A stretch of 64,000 nucleotides of DNA from Candidatus Kaelpia aquatica (GCA_030765335.1 JAVCCU010000008.1:3-64002); one strand, 5' to 3'. Positions 31,490 to 40,174 are shown, numbered from the stretch's first letter. The notes: generated by a model from the letters alone, not told the origin. Program-made: numbers and translations.

Positions 31490-32462
31490 ATCCAGATTGC
31501 AACCTTAAGTTCCAAGCCAAGTTAGCTTCAATGCGATTACTACACCCACAACTGCACTGAAAATCCAAATTTATATCGTTAATCTTTTTCTTAATCTTTT
31601 CTGTTTCTAATTTGGTTAGATCGATGGTGTGTTCTTGCAACTCCTGCTGTATGCAAGGGTACATTTTACCATTGGGGTCAATACGAAAGAAGATTTTCCC
31701 AAAAGCACAATCCATAGGTTTTAAATCAGGCCAATCTAGAAGGTATTTAAGTCCACTGAAAGAGTTGCTGATATTATTGCGATATTTAAAATCCATTTTA
31801 TAACGGATGATTCTCTTCACTGCTTCAACAAACACATCTTTCTGCGCTAATAAAGGATTGTGTTCCTTGGTTTTTAGAAAATAGAAGTTAATTGGTTGAA
31901 ACGCTACTGAGGTATGAAATTGATTTGCCAATAATATTAAATCTTCAATATAATCAGAATTGAGTTTATTTAGAGTGGCAGAGAATCTAACCTTTAAATT
32001 ATTGGATTGAGCAGCTTTTACCGCCAAGATTATACTTTGAAAAGAATCTTTTTGTCGGATTAAATCATGTATCTCCTCGGAACCTTCAATACTTAAAATA
32101 AGCATGTCCAACTGTTTTAGTTTTTGAATATTTTGAGACACTAGAGAGCCATTGGAGTTTAGACATACAAAAATACCCTTCTCTTTGGCATAATTAATAA
32201 GTTGGTAAATATTGTCTTTTACTAAAGGCTCTCCTCCAGTAAAATTTATCCTTTGCAGCCCTAACTGTCTTAGCTTATCTATTATTTCTAAAGCCTTCGA
32301 AGTTGAGACTTCGTCTGTTTTAAGATTCCAATCCTTACAATATTTACATTTATAGTTGCAACGGTATGTAACCGCCCAGCTTAAGGCTATTGGGGTTCTG
32401 ATTTTAAACAACTTTGCTTTTGCAAAACAACTTGCTATTGAAAGTTGAGATTTTAATTTCAT
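31470..32462 (-). CDS. Radical SAM protein with SPASM/twitch domain
   Basis: CNYKCKYC, TGGEP, CAFG...IDPNGKMYPC...CSCGC. Confidence 0.92.
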   Translation of the reverse strand: MKLKSQLSIASCFAKAKLFKIRTPIALSWAVTYRCNYKCKYCKDWNLKTDEVSTSKALEIIDKLRQLGLQRINFTGGEPLVKDNIYQLINYAKEKGIFVCLNSNGSLVSQNIQKLKQLDMLILSIEGSEEIHDLIRQKDSFQSIILAVKAAQSNNLKVRFSATLNKLNSDYIEDLILLANQFHTSVAFQPINFYFLKTKEHNPLLAQKDVFVEAVKRIIRYKMDFKYRNNISNSFSGLKYLLDWPDLKPMDCAFGKIFFRIDPNGKMYPCIQQELQEHTIDLTKLETEKIKKKINDINLDFQCSCGCSNRIEANLAWNLRLQSGYESFKL

Positions 32463-33451
32463 TATTTAATAACTTTCTGAATCGTCTTTAAAATAAGCCA
32501 TTTATGTCTTAGCAAAAACGATAGCTCTAATGATCCACAAAATCCACACCCATTACATACGACAGGCGGTAGAAGCTTAAAAGCTTCTTTAAAAGAAGTA
32601 TTCGCTATGTTAGGAAGATTCTCATTATAGCTAATCCTATCGCAAGGTAAAACAGTGCCATCGGAATCGATAATGCAAAATAAATGTCCTGCTGCACATT
32701 TTAATTGCTCATAATTTGGCCAACGATAAATATGATCGAGCATAGCTATGGAATTTCTGATATGCTTAGAGCTGCATCCATATTTTAATGAAATCAGTCT
32801 TTTAATTTTATCATGATAAACATTTTTTTCAGGATAAATATTTTTTAAATCCAGGGCATGTTTTACATTAAGTTTCAGGGGTTGAAAAGCAACAAAGGTA
32901 TTTAAGCTTCTGGCAAGATCAACTAAGTACTCTAAATGCTCGATATTATATTTTGTAATTGTGCATGCAAAACTGATTTTAATTCCGTTTTTTTGAGCAA
33001 TTCGAACAGATTTCATTAATTGATCAAACAAACCCTTTTTCTGACGCACAGAATCGTGAATCTCTTTAGGGCCATCTAAGCTCAGTTTTAATAAATCCAG
33101 GTTTTTTATCTCAGAGACTCTTTCTGGAACCAAATATCCGTTTGAATTCATGCTTACCGAAATACCTAAGTCTTTAGCTTGATCAATTATCAGCTTAATA
33201 TCATCTCTAAGTAAAGGTTCTCCTCCGCTCAGCGAAATCCTTTTCGTCCCCGCATCCTTTAATTCTTTGAGCAAAGCCAATACTACTTCGGTTTTAAGAT
33301 CTGGCTTGGGATTTTTCCAAAGATTACAGTATCTACATCTTAAATTACATCTATCAGTTAGTTGTAGTCGTACCGCAAGCGCTATTTTGCCACCTGAAAC
33401 AGAAGCTCTTAATGATCGAGTAAGGGAATTAATTTTAGTTAAAAATTTCAC
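32462..33451 (-). CDS. Radical SAM protein with SPASM/twitch domain (paralog of the neighbour)
   Basis: CNLRCRYC, SGGEP, SLDG, CAAG...IDSDGTVLPC...CNGCGFC. Confidence 0.92.
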   Translation of the reverse strand: MKFLTKINSLTRSLRASVSGGKIALAVRLQLTDRCNLRCRYCNLWKNPKPDLKTEVVLALLKELKDAGTKRISLSGGEPLLRDDIKLIIDQAKDLGISVSMNSNGYLVPERVSEIKNLDLLKLSLDGPKEIHDSVRQKKGLFDQLMKSVRIAQKNGIKISFACTITKYNIEHLEYLVDLARSLNTFVAFQPLKLNVKHALDLKNIYPEKNVYHDKIKRLISLKYGCSSKHIRNSIAMLDHIYRWPNYEQLKCAAGHLFCIIDSDGTVLPCDRISYNENLPNIANTSFKEAFKLLPPVVCNGCGFCGSLELSFLLRHKWLILKTIQKVIK

Positions 33452-33527
33452 TCTTATTATTTTAACTTGGTAGATATTTTTTAAAAAGCCTATTCTTTCT
33501 TATCAATCCTTTTTATAAAACAACATT

Positions 33528-34934
33528 CTATTGGTGCTCTATCAAAAGCGGTGTGACATCAATTATTTCTCCATCTTGATAAAGCAAAAATATATTTTTG
33601 TCATAAATCATTTCTTTGCTAAACTTAAAGAGTTTGCAATTAAGACCTTCTCTCTTAAAACAAATATTACTCCTTTCTTTTAATTCTTTATCTTTTAAGT
33701 AAAAATAGTCTAAATTGCGCATCCCAGTAGGTGCAAATGCCTCAACACGATTAATCCAATATGGAAAATTAACGTGGTAGACAGCAGATGTTTTCGGATA
33801 GCTAAGTAAAATTTTCTTTTCTTTCTCTAATAATCGATGTACTAATTTAGTGCTGATATGATGGTCGATATATCTGCGGCAAAAAGAACCATAGAGAGAG
33901 CAGCAGAGAATAATAATAATCAAAACTCTTAACCAATTGGATTTAATTATCTGATAAATAAGTAATGAAATAAACACACTTGTTGGAACTAAGGGCAGAT
34001 AAAGGTATTTTTCCAGAATTATATCCGGTCTTGCAAAAAGAGAGGGCAATATTGATAAAGACAACCACGCTAATGTAAATTTAAAATCTTTATTCACTAC
34101 ATAGCGTAGGAAACAGAGCAGACAAAACAATATCACTAGCGATAGCAATATTGAATGTTTATAGATAGATCCAAAAAATACTGTTTCTCCCTGAAAATCA
34201 AAGGGGATAAAAAGCATTTCAAGAGTTGTTGTAAATTTCACAACTAACCATTTTATATTTATCAATGTTCCTTTAATATCATCCAAGTAGGCACTTGTGT
34301 TCGGAAAAACAAGCAATATTACCGCTAAATGAACAGCTACAATTGCAAAAAAAGGGTAACAGTATTTAATAAAATTGACTTTTTTGTAAATCCAGGCATA
34401 GCATAGTAAAATCAATGGCAAGCAGTAGATAGATTCTTTGCTGCTGATTCCAAGCACAAAGAAAAATATTCCTAAAAGATAGAACTTTATTTTTTTATAC
34501 TCAAAAAATTCTACCAAGCAAAAGAAACAAAGCATGAAGAATAACAGAGAGAGCTTTACTGCAAAATGAACAATGGTTAAATTGACAGCGGTATTGATGT
34601 AGTGAATTGAAAAAATAAAACTTGCAACAAAAGCAATATTTTTATTATTTAAAATCCGCTTAAGTAAATAAAAAATTAGGATAGCAATTAAGGTATGTAG
34701 AGAAAAGCCCACCAGATAATAAGGAAGAGGATTGAGTTGAAAAAACGGCAACAAGATATGAAAAAATAATTGCGTAAATGGTTTCTCAAACCAGTGCCAG
34801 GATTGAGCAAATGGCCAGAGCCATTCAATGTCATGACCGCTTAGCTGCAACGGATAAAGCTTGTATAAGACTACTAAAGGAACGTTTATTAAAATAATTA
34901 ACAGTGCAGGGTAAAACAATTTTTTACTCATCAA
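33528..34934 (-). CDS. GT-C fold polytopic membrane glycosyltransferase (paralog of 29900)
   Basis: GHDIEW, EKPF, FIFSIH, SKES, LFIPFDFQG, EKYLYLP shared in position with the 29900 protein. Confidence 0.7.
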   Translation of the reverse strand: MMSKKLFYPALLIILINVPLVVLYKLYPLQLSGHDIEWLWPFAQSWHWFEKPFTQLFFHILLPFFQLNPLPYYLVGFSLHTLIAILIFYLLKRILNNKNIAFVASFIFSIHYINTAVNLTIVHFAVKLSLLFFMLCFFCLVEFFEYKKIKFYLLGIFFFVLGISSKESIYCLPLILLCYAWIYKKVNFIKYCYPFFAIVAVHLAVILLVFPNTSAYLDDIKGTLINIKWLVVKFTTTLEMLFIPFDFQGETVFFGSIYKHSILLSLVILFCLLCFLRYVVNKDFKFTLAWLSLSILPSLFARPDIILEKYLYLPLVPTSVFISLLIYQIIKSNWLRVLIIIILCCSLYGSFCRRYIDHHISTKLVHRLLEKEKKILLSYPKTSAVYHVNFPYWINRVEAFAPTGMRNLDYFYLKDKELKERSNICFKREGLNCKLFKFSKEMIYDKNIFLLYQDGEIIDVTPLLIEHQ

Positions 34935-34943
34935 GTCTTTTAT

Positions 34944-36383
34944 TTAACCATGCATTTTTATTTTATTTACTTTGCATGTTTCAAGATAAGACAATAATAC
35001 TTTAGAACCAACTTTTAAATACCTCATAAATTCTGCAAAAGATTTTACATTTTTTATCCTGTTGCATATTTGTCGAGGGCGAAAGTAAAAAAGGATGTAG
35101 GCTTTTTTAATATACTTTTCTAGATCAACCTCTGAAATATTGCACCATAGATTAGGTAAACGTTGTTCCGAAACAACACCTTTAATATAAAGTTGCCAGA
35201 AGTCATAGCCAGTTATTTTTTTAAACTCTTCATGTAGTTTAGAACCCGGCTTTGCAATCATGCGACATATCTGGACATAATCCAAGTTTAGTTCCAAGGC
35301 AAACCTGGTTGTATCTCTGATAGTTTCAATTGTTTCTCCGGGATTACCGAATATAAAAAAACCTAGAGGTTTTATTTTGTATTTATTTAGCAATTTTATA
35401 CATCGCCTAACTTCTTCGGGTTCAATCTCCTTATTTATTGACTTAAGTATGCCCAAGCTCTTGCTTTCAATGCCAACAAATATTTTCTTACAACCTGCTT
35501 TTGAGGCTATCTTTATTATTTCCTCATCAAGCAGATCAACTCGAGACCTTGCAGACCATTCAATTTTCAAGTTCCTCTTTATTATCCCATCGCAAATTTG
35601 ATAAGCACGATTTCTATCTAAAAAGAAAACGGCATCAAAAAAGTCTATTTCACGAATTTTGAATTTTTTGTAACAGAGCTCTATTTCATCTACGACATTG
35701 ATAGGTGATCTATTGCGATAAGGGACGTTTGCTATCGCGCAGAATTTACAATTATAAGGACACCCTGTACTTGTAAGCATAATTGTAAAATTTTTTCTCT
35801 GAGATACAAAGGAATGATAAAGGTGATTAGGTAAAAGCTCGCGAGCTGGATAGGGATATTGGTCTAAATTTGCGAGTTCTGTTCTTGGTGGCTGAATTAT
35901 AATTTCTTCATTATCTCGATAAGCAATACCCTCTATCTCGGATAAAGGGGTTTTATTCTCCAAAGATGAAAGCAATTTGGGCAAAACATCTATCGCTTCT
36001 CCGATTACAGCATAGTCTATCTCTGGATAAAACATTGTCTCGTATGGATAGAGATCTAGATTTATACCTCCCACAAGAACCGGTAAATTGAGATTGTTTT
36101 TAAAGAATTGTATCCACTCTAAGTTGGTATGAAAATGGTAACTGTCGAGTCTAAAGGCCAAAATGTCGGGAGCAAATATTTTTATCAGTTTTAAAGTTTC
36201 TTTCTTGCTTAGTTTTAATGCATTGGCATCTATAATTTTGGCTCTATGCCCTGCTCTTTGAGCAATTGCAGCTACCCATGCTAATATTATCGGCGGGGGA
36301 AGAATAAACTCTTCATCTACAACAGATATATTTTCAGAAAAAAGTTTATGCTTAAAAGGAGGGAAAATAAAACATATCTTCAT
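34944..36383 (-). CDS. B12-binding domain radical SAM protein
   Basis: N-terminal cobalamin-binding Rossmann domain (IIDANA, VLVGG, VIGEA), STGCPYNCKFC, VGIES, FIFGNPGET. Confidence 0.92.
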   Translation of the reverse strand: MKICFIFPPFKHKLFSENISVVDEEFILPPPIILAWVAAIAQRAGHRAKIIDANALKLSKKETLKLIKIFAPDILAFRLDSYHFHTNLEWIQFFKNNLNLPVLVGGINLDLYPYETMFYPEIDYAVIGEAIDVLPKLLSSLENKTPLSEIEGIAYRDNEEIIIQPPRTELANLDQYPYPARELLPNHLYHSFVSQRKNFTIMLTSTGCPYNCKFCAIANVPYRNRSPINVVDEIELCYKKFKIREIDFFDAVFFLDRNRAYQICDGIIKRNLKIEWSARSRVDLLDEEIIKIASKAGCKKIFVGIESKSLGILKSINKEIEPEEVRRCIKLLNKYKIKPLGFFIFGNPGETIETIRDTTRFALELNLDYVQICRMIAKPGSKLHEEFKKITGYDFWQLYIKGVVSEQRLPNLWCNISEVDLEKYIKKAYILFYFRPRQICNRIKNVKSFAEFMRYLKVGSKVLLSYLETCKVNKIKMHG

Positions 36384-36385
36384 TT

Positions 36386-36586
36386 TTAAAATGCTTTCAG
36401 ACTATCTATCTTATTATTAAGTATCCCAATTGTAGCTTCTAATGCTGCGGATGATTGCTGTACTTTTATTTTATGTATAATTTTTGTATTTTCATATAAA
36501 CCAGTTGCTATAATTAGCGCTACCCAAAGAAAAAGTAAAAATAATTGCCATTTTTTTATCGAATTATTATTAGTCTTAAATTGCAT
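36386..36586 (-). CDS. Small single-TM hypothetical protein (about 66 aa; start uncertain)
   Basis: MQFKTNNNSIKKWQLFLLFLWVALIIATG...; stop lies 2 nt before the B12-rSAM start. Confidence 0.55.
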   Translation of the reverse strand: MQFKTNNNSIKKWQLFLLFLWVALIIATGLYENTKIIHKIKVQQSSAALEATIGILNNKIDSLKAF

Positions 36587-36654
36587 CTTCACCATCATCT
36601 TACGAGATGTTCTATTTGTCAAGCAAGAGCATGGCAAACAACTATCTAAAAAAG

Positions 36655-36798
36655 ATTAGACCTCCGGCTTTCTAATTAATATATCTATTGCTATGTATCC
36701 TGCAATTTAGGCTGCACTCTTTGGGTGTAAAACCAACCAAGTTGTCTTTGGAATAATAGAGATCGTCTCCTGACAAATAAGGCTGGAGGAATCCTAAT
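36655..36798 (+). ncRNA. Candidate rod-shaped structured RNA (6S-like architecture)
   Basis: Nested stems found by eye: 36661-71/36779-89, 36684-90/36754-60, 36702-08/36739-45, 36713-19/36723-29, with a large internal bubble; several G-U pairs that only form on the + strand. Confidence 0.45.
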
Positions 36799-36861
36799 AT
36801 CCCTACAAACTAAACCGAAAAAGGAAATATTCTTTTAAATTCAATACTGAGATCTTTAAAT

Positions 36862-38358
36862 TTAAAAATAGATATCTCTCTGACCATCTCTTATTTTTTC
36901 ATAATAACATATAAAATCATCATAGACTTTGGGCATCTGAGCCTTGACCTCTTCGATCTCTTTTTCAATAACTGGTAGTGCTGTTTTTTTTGTTTCGACA
37001 GAGGCAAAATCATCCAGCCACTCCCTAAAAGTCAAAACTGCATTAAGCTTGCAGAACTTTCCCTCTTGGCCTGATCTTAGGAGCTGCATAATGTTTTTTC
37101 CTGTCCGTCCGCAGCGATAACCGGCAGTACAGAAAGATGTGATATATCCCATCTGAGCAAACTCTCTTATCACCTCATCTAAAGACCTAGTATCTCCAAG
37201 ATAGAACTGCTGCCTGCTGCCTTCCTGCTCTGCATAGCAATCGCTATAAGCACCTATTCCTATGCGAGTTGAGGCATCGGTCTGAGTAATGCCAAGCCTT
37301 AAAGCATCACGTCTCATTTGAGCACTCTCCCGGGCTGTTATAATCATACCTGTATAAGGCACAGCGAGACGGATAACGATAATCAGCTTCTTGAAATCCC
37401 GATCTGAGACCTTATAGTTTGAACTCTCAATAAAAGGAGTATCTTTGGCCGGCTCAAGCCGTGGAAATGATATCGTATGAGCTCCTATGCCAAATTTGCT
37501 CTCTAAATCCAAAGTGTGAGAAAGAAGGCCCAGAACCTCAAACTTCCAATCATAGAGTCCGAATAATACTCCCAAGCCGACATCATCAATCCCTGCTTCC
37601 ATCGCTCGGTGCAAACAATACAGCCTCCAAGAATAATCACCTTTGATAGTACCTTCGGGGTGAACCTTACTATAAGTAGGGTGGTGGTAGGTCTCCTGAA
37701 AAACCTGATAGGTTCCAATGCCAACATCATGGAGCTTCTTTAAATCAGAGGTTGAAAGAGGAGCCGCATTAACATTGACACGCCGTATGGATCCATATCC
37801 ATGTTTAGTTTTAGCCTTAATACTATAGATCGCAGCTATGCTCTCTTCCATGTAGTCTATATCAGTCTTGGGGTGCTCTCCATAGACAGCTATCAGTCTC
37901 TTATGACCAATCTCACCCGCTAAAACCTCTGTCTCTTTGATAACCTCTTCTTTGGTTAAAACTCTACGCTTAGCAAAATTATTGGATTTACGAAACCCGC
38001 AGTAGAGGCAGTCATTCACGCATAAGTTAGACATATAGAGTGGTGCAAAAGTGACGATTCTATTATCATAGACTCTCTTTTTTACTTTTAAAGCAGCGTC
38101 CTCCATCATGGCCCAAATATCTTCATCCTCTACATTTAAAAGGTAGGCAGTCTGATCTAAAGATAGGGTCTTAATCTCAAGAGACTCTGCAATAATATCC
38201 TCTATGATCTTTTTATCAGCATTTTTATTTTCAGTTATCTTATTCTCAATAAATTCATCATCTATAAAATCCTTGTTGTCTTTTAAAAACTTAGTTACCT
38301 CATCTCTCTTAATTTTATTATCTATCCAACTCTTGGTGTCATCACTATGCACTCTCAT
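36862..38358 (-). CDS. hydG: [FeFe]-hydrogenase maturase HydG
   Basis: FAPLY, CVNDCLYC, FQETYH, HTISFPR, C-terminal CX5CX19C; adjacent to hydF. Confidence 0.95.
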   Translation of the reverse strand: MRVHSDDTKSWIDNKIKRDEVTKFLKDNKDFIDDEFIENKITENKNADKKIIEDIIAESLEIKTLSLDQTAYLLNVEDEDIWAMMEDAALKVKKRVYDNRIVTFAPLYMSNLCVNDCLYCGFRKSNNFAKRRVLTKEEVIKETEVLAGEIGHKRLIAVYGEHPKTDIDYMEESIAAIYSIKAKTKHGYGSIRRVNVNAAPLSTSDLKKLHDVGIGTYQVFQETYHHPTYSKVHPEGTIKGDYSWRLYCLHRAMEAGIDDVGLGVLFGLYDWKFEVLGLLSHTLDLESKFGIGAHTISFPRLEPAKDTPFIESSNYKVSDRDFKKLIIVIRLAVPYTGMIITARESAQMRRDALRLGITQTDASTRIGIGAYSDCYAEQEGSRQQFYLGDTRSLDEVIREFAQMGYITSFCTAGYRCGRTGKNIMQLLRSGQEGKFCKLNAVLTFREWLDDFASVETKKTALPVIEKEIEEVKAQMPKVYDDFICYYEKIRDGQRDIYF

Positions 38359-39607
38359 TTCTAGCCTCCTCTCTATACTTCTTAAACAACTCTTTTGCTT
38401 CAGGTATGGGCGAAAGAATCCGCTCTAATACGCCTTTTAAATAAGATATAACAATACCATAATTAGTAATGGCTACCTTTTTTTCAATTGCCGCTTGAAT
38501 GCGGCTAAGCATCTCATGCCGCGTTATCATACAACCGCCACAATGGATAATAAGCTTATAGTCACAGAGATTATCAGGGTAGTCTCTGCCGGCAGTACTA
38601 TTCCACTTAAGATCAAAACCTAGATAATTTTTTAGCCAGCAAGGCAGTTTTACTCTTCCAATATCATCTTCTATTGGATGATGAGAACATGCTTCAGCTA
38701 TCAACACCTTGTCTTCCGGCCCTATCTTATCCACCATAAAGACACCTTTAATCTCCTCTGCTATATCCCCCTTATAGCGCGCAAAGAGAGTAGAAAAAGT
38801 CGTAGCATTGATATCTGGCGGAGTATTTTCAATCATAAAATCTACAACCTGAGAGTCACAGACAACTATATCCGGCTTTCTCTTGAGGCTATTCAAAACT
38901 TGCTTGTATTCACTCTCTTTAACAACCACAACCGCCTGATCTCCGTCTAGAGCATCCCTTATTGTTTGAACCTGAGGCAATATAATTCTTCCCTTAGGAG
39001 CCTCTAGGTCAATGGGGATTATCAAAACTGCAATTCCACCCTTAGGCATTAGATCGCTTATTATAGGCGATGGGTTGCGAAAATCTTCCGGAGATAACTC
39101 TAATATTTTTTCCTTAAAGAGATTGACATAACTATCACGGCTCTTTAAATCTGTGCTGACAATAAGCTGATACTCTTCACGTTTGGCCGCTATTAAATTT
39201 AGAAACTTCTCTGTTGGAGGTTTGATATCTATTTTATTTACAACTATGATAACAGGCCTGGATCTCTTTTTAGCCTCTTTGATTATTCTCTGCTCATAAT
39301 CGCTCCAAATATCAGCCTCTACCAGTAGAACTATTATCTCTGAGCGATCAAATATCTTCTCTGTCTTCTTCACTCTCTTCTCGCCCAAAGAAGAGCTGTC
39401 ATCTAAACCTGCTGTATCCAAAAATACAACTGGGCCAACAGGAAGAAGCTCCATGGTTTTCTCAACAACATCAGTCGTTGTTCCAGGGAGATCAGATGTT
39501 ATAGATACATCCTGGCCGCTAACCATATTTAGAAAACTTGATTTTCCAACATTCATACGGCCAAATATTCCGATCTGAAGTCTTAGAGATTTAGGTGTAG
39601 TCTTCAT
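38345..39607 (-). CDS. hydF: [FeFe]-hydrogenase maturation GTPase HydF
   Basis: GRMNVGKSS, DTAG, NKID, APKGRIILPQ, EACSHH...HCGGC. Confidence 0.96.
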   Translation of the reverse strand: MKTTPKSLRLQIGIFGRMNVGKSSFLNMVSGQDVSITSDLPGTTTDVVEKTMELLPVGPVVFLDTAGLDDSSSLGEKRVKKTEKIFDRSEIIVLLVEADIWSDYEQRIIKEAKKRSRPVIIVVNKIDIKPPTEKFLNLIAAKREEYQLIVSTDLKSRDSYVNLFKEKILELSPEDFRNPSPIISDLMPKGGIAVLIIPIDLEAPKGRIILPQVQTIRDALDGDQAVVVVKESEYKQVLNSLKRKPDIVVCDSQVVDFMIENTPPDINATTFSTLFARYKGDIAEEIKGVFMVDKIGPEDKVLIAEACSHHPIEDDIGRVKLPCWLKNYLGFDLKWNSTAGRDYPDNLCDYKLIIHCGGCMITRHEMLSRIQAAIEKKVAITNYGIVISYLKGVLERILSPIPEAKELFKKYREEARNESA

Positions 39608-39861
39608 GTGCTCTTTTCTTTGCTTAGGGCAGACTTGACAGAGACCCCTTCTATTTTGCCAAGCTTTCCCGTTATAGCGCCAAATTCATCAGTGGTGGCA
39701 TCTACAATAAGTGTTATAACAGAGCATCTCTTCTCTTTATAGGGCAACCCTATGCGCCCAACAATAGCCTCGGCAAATTCAGATAGCACCTGGTTGACAG
39801 ATTGAGCCTGCACTTCTCTATCCTCTAAAATAATCCCTACAAATCCAAGCCTTTTATCCAT
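39604..39861 (-). CDS. TM1266 family iron-only hydrogenase system putative regulator
   Basis: VNQVLS, IVGRIGLPY, ITGKLGKIEGVSVKS; first gene of the hyd maturation operon. Confidence 0.9.
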   Translation of the reverse strand: MDKRLGFVGIILEDREVQAQSVNQVLSEFAEAIVGRIGLPYKEKRCSVITLIVDATTDEFGAITGKLGKIEGVSVKSALSKEKST

Positions 39862-39873
39862 CTCAACCTCCTT

Positions 39874-40045
39874 ATAAAAAAATAACCGGTCTAGAATAAG
39901 GCCGGGATAAAATACTACTATTATTATCCTTGGCCTTAGACTATCTCCTTAACCTCAGAGAGAACAAAAATTAAACTATATTCTCAGCAACTACTCTTAA
40001 AAGAACTTTTGGTTCAAGAGGTTTCTCTAAGACCTCCCTAGCTGA
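39874..40045 (-). promoter_or_regulatory. Structured 5' leader with terminator-like hairpin (candidate attenuator/riboswitch)
   Basis: Multi-stem domain closed by UCAGC/GCUGA, then hairpin UAAGGCCAAGGAUAA/UUAUCCCGGCCUUA followed by a U-tract directly before the AAGGAGG RBS. Confidence 0.5.
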
Positions 40046-40100
40046 CAAACTTTATTATACACTGCTTTATTACACCTATTTAATATAACTAATAGGAGTA

Positions 40101-40130
40101 AATATAACATAACGTAGAGAAGTGCGGCAA
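40101..40130 (-). promoter_or_regulatory. Candidate promoter for the hyd leader
   Basis: TTGCCG-N18-TATATT with extended -10 TG; an alternative TATAAT lies at 40054-40059. Confidence 0.4.
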
Positions 40131-40174
40131 GTAAAATTGTAGGTTTTCACATAAAAAGATAGAATTTAAAAGGA

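Noticed and set aside
31470-36383. Hopanoid, heme d1/Ahb or PQQ-type assignment of the radical SAMs
   Set aside because: None of the diagnostic partner genes (shc, ahbAB/nirDL, pqqD) is present; the family cannot be fixed by eye.
36862-38358. ThiH instead of HydG
   Set aside because: It has the C-terminal Fe-S motif and sits next to hydF and TM1266.
40010-40042. TPP-riboswitch-like fragment (AGGGAGGU...GAGA...ACCUCUUGAACC) in the hyd leader
   Set aside because: Lacks the CUGAGA and UGAU...AAU...GCGUAGG core, so it is not a canonical TPP riboswitch; kept only as an unknown leader.
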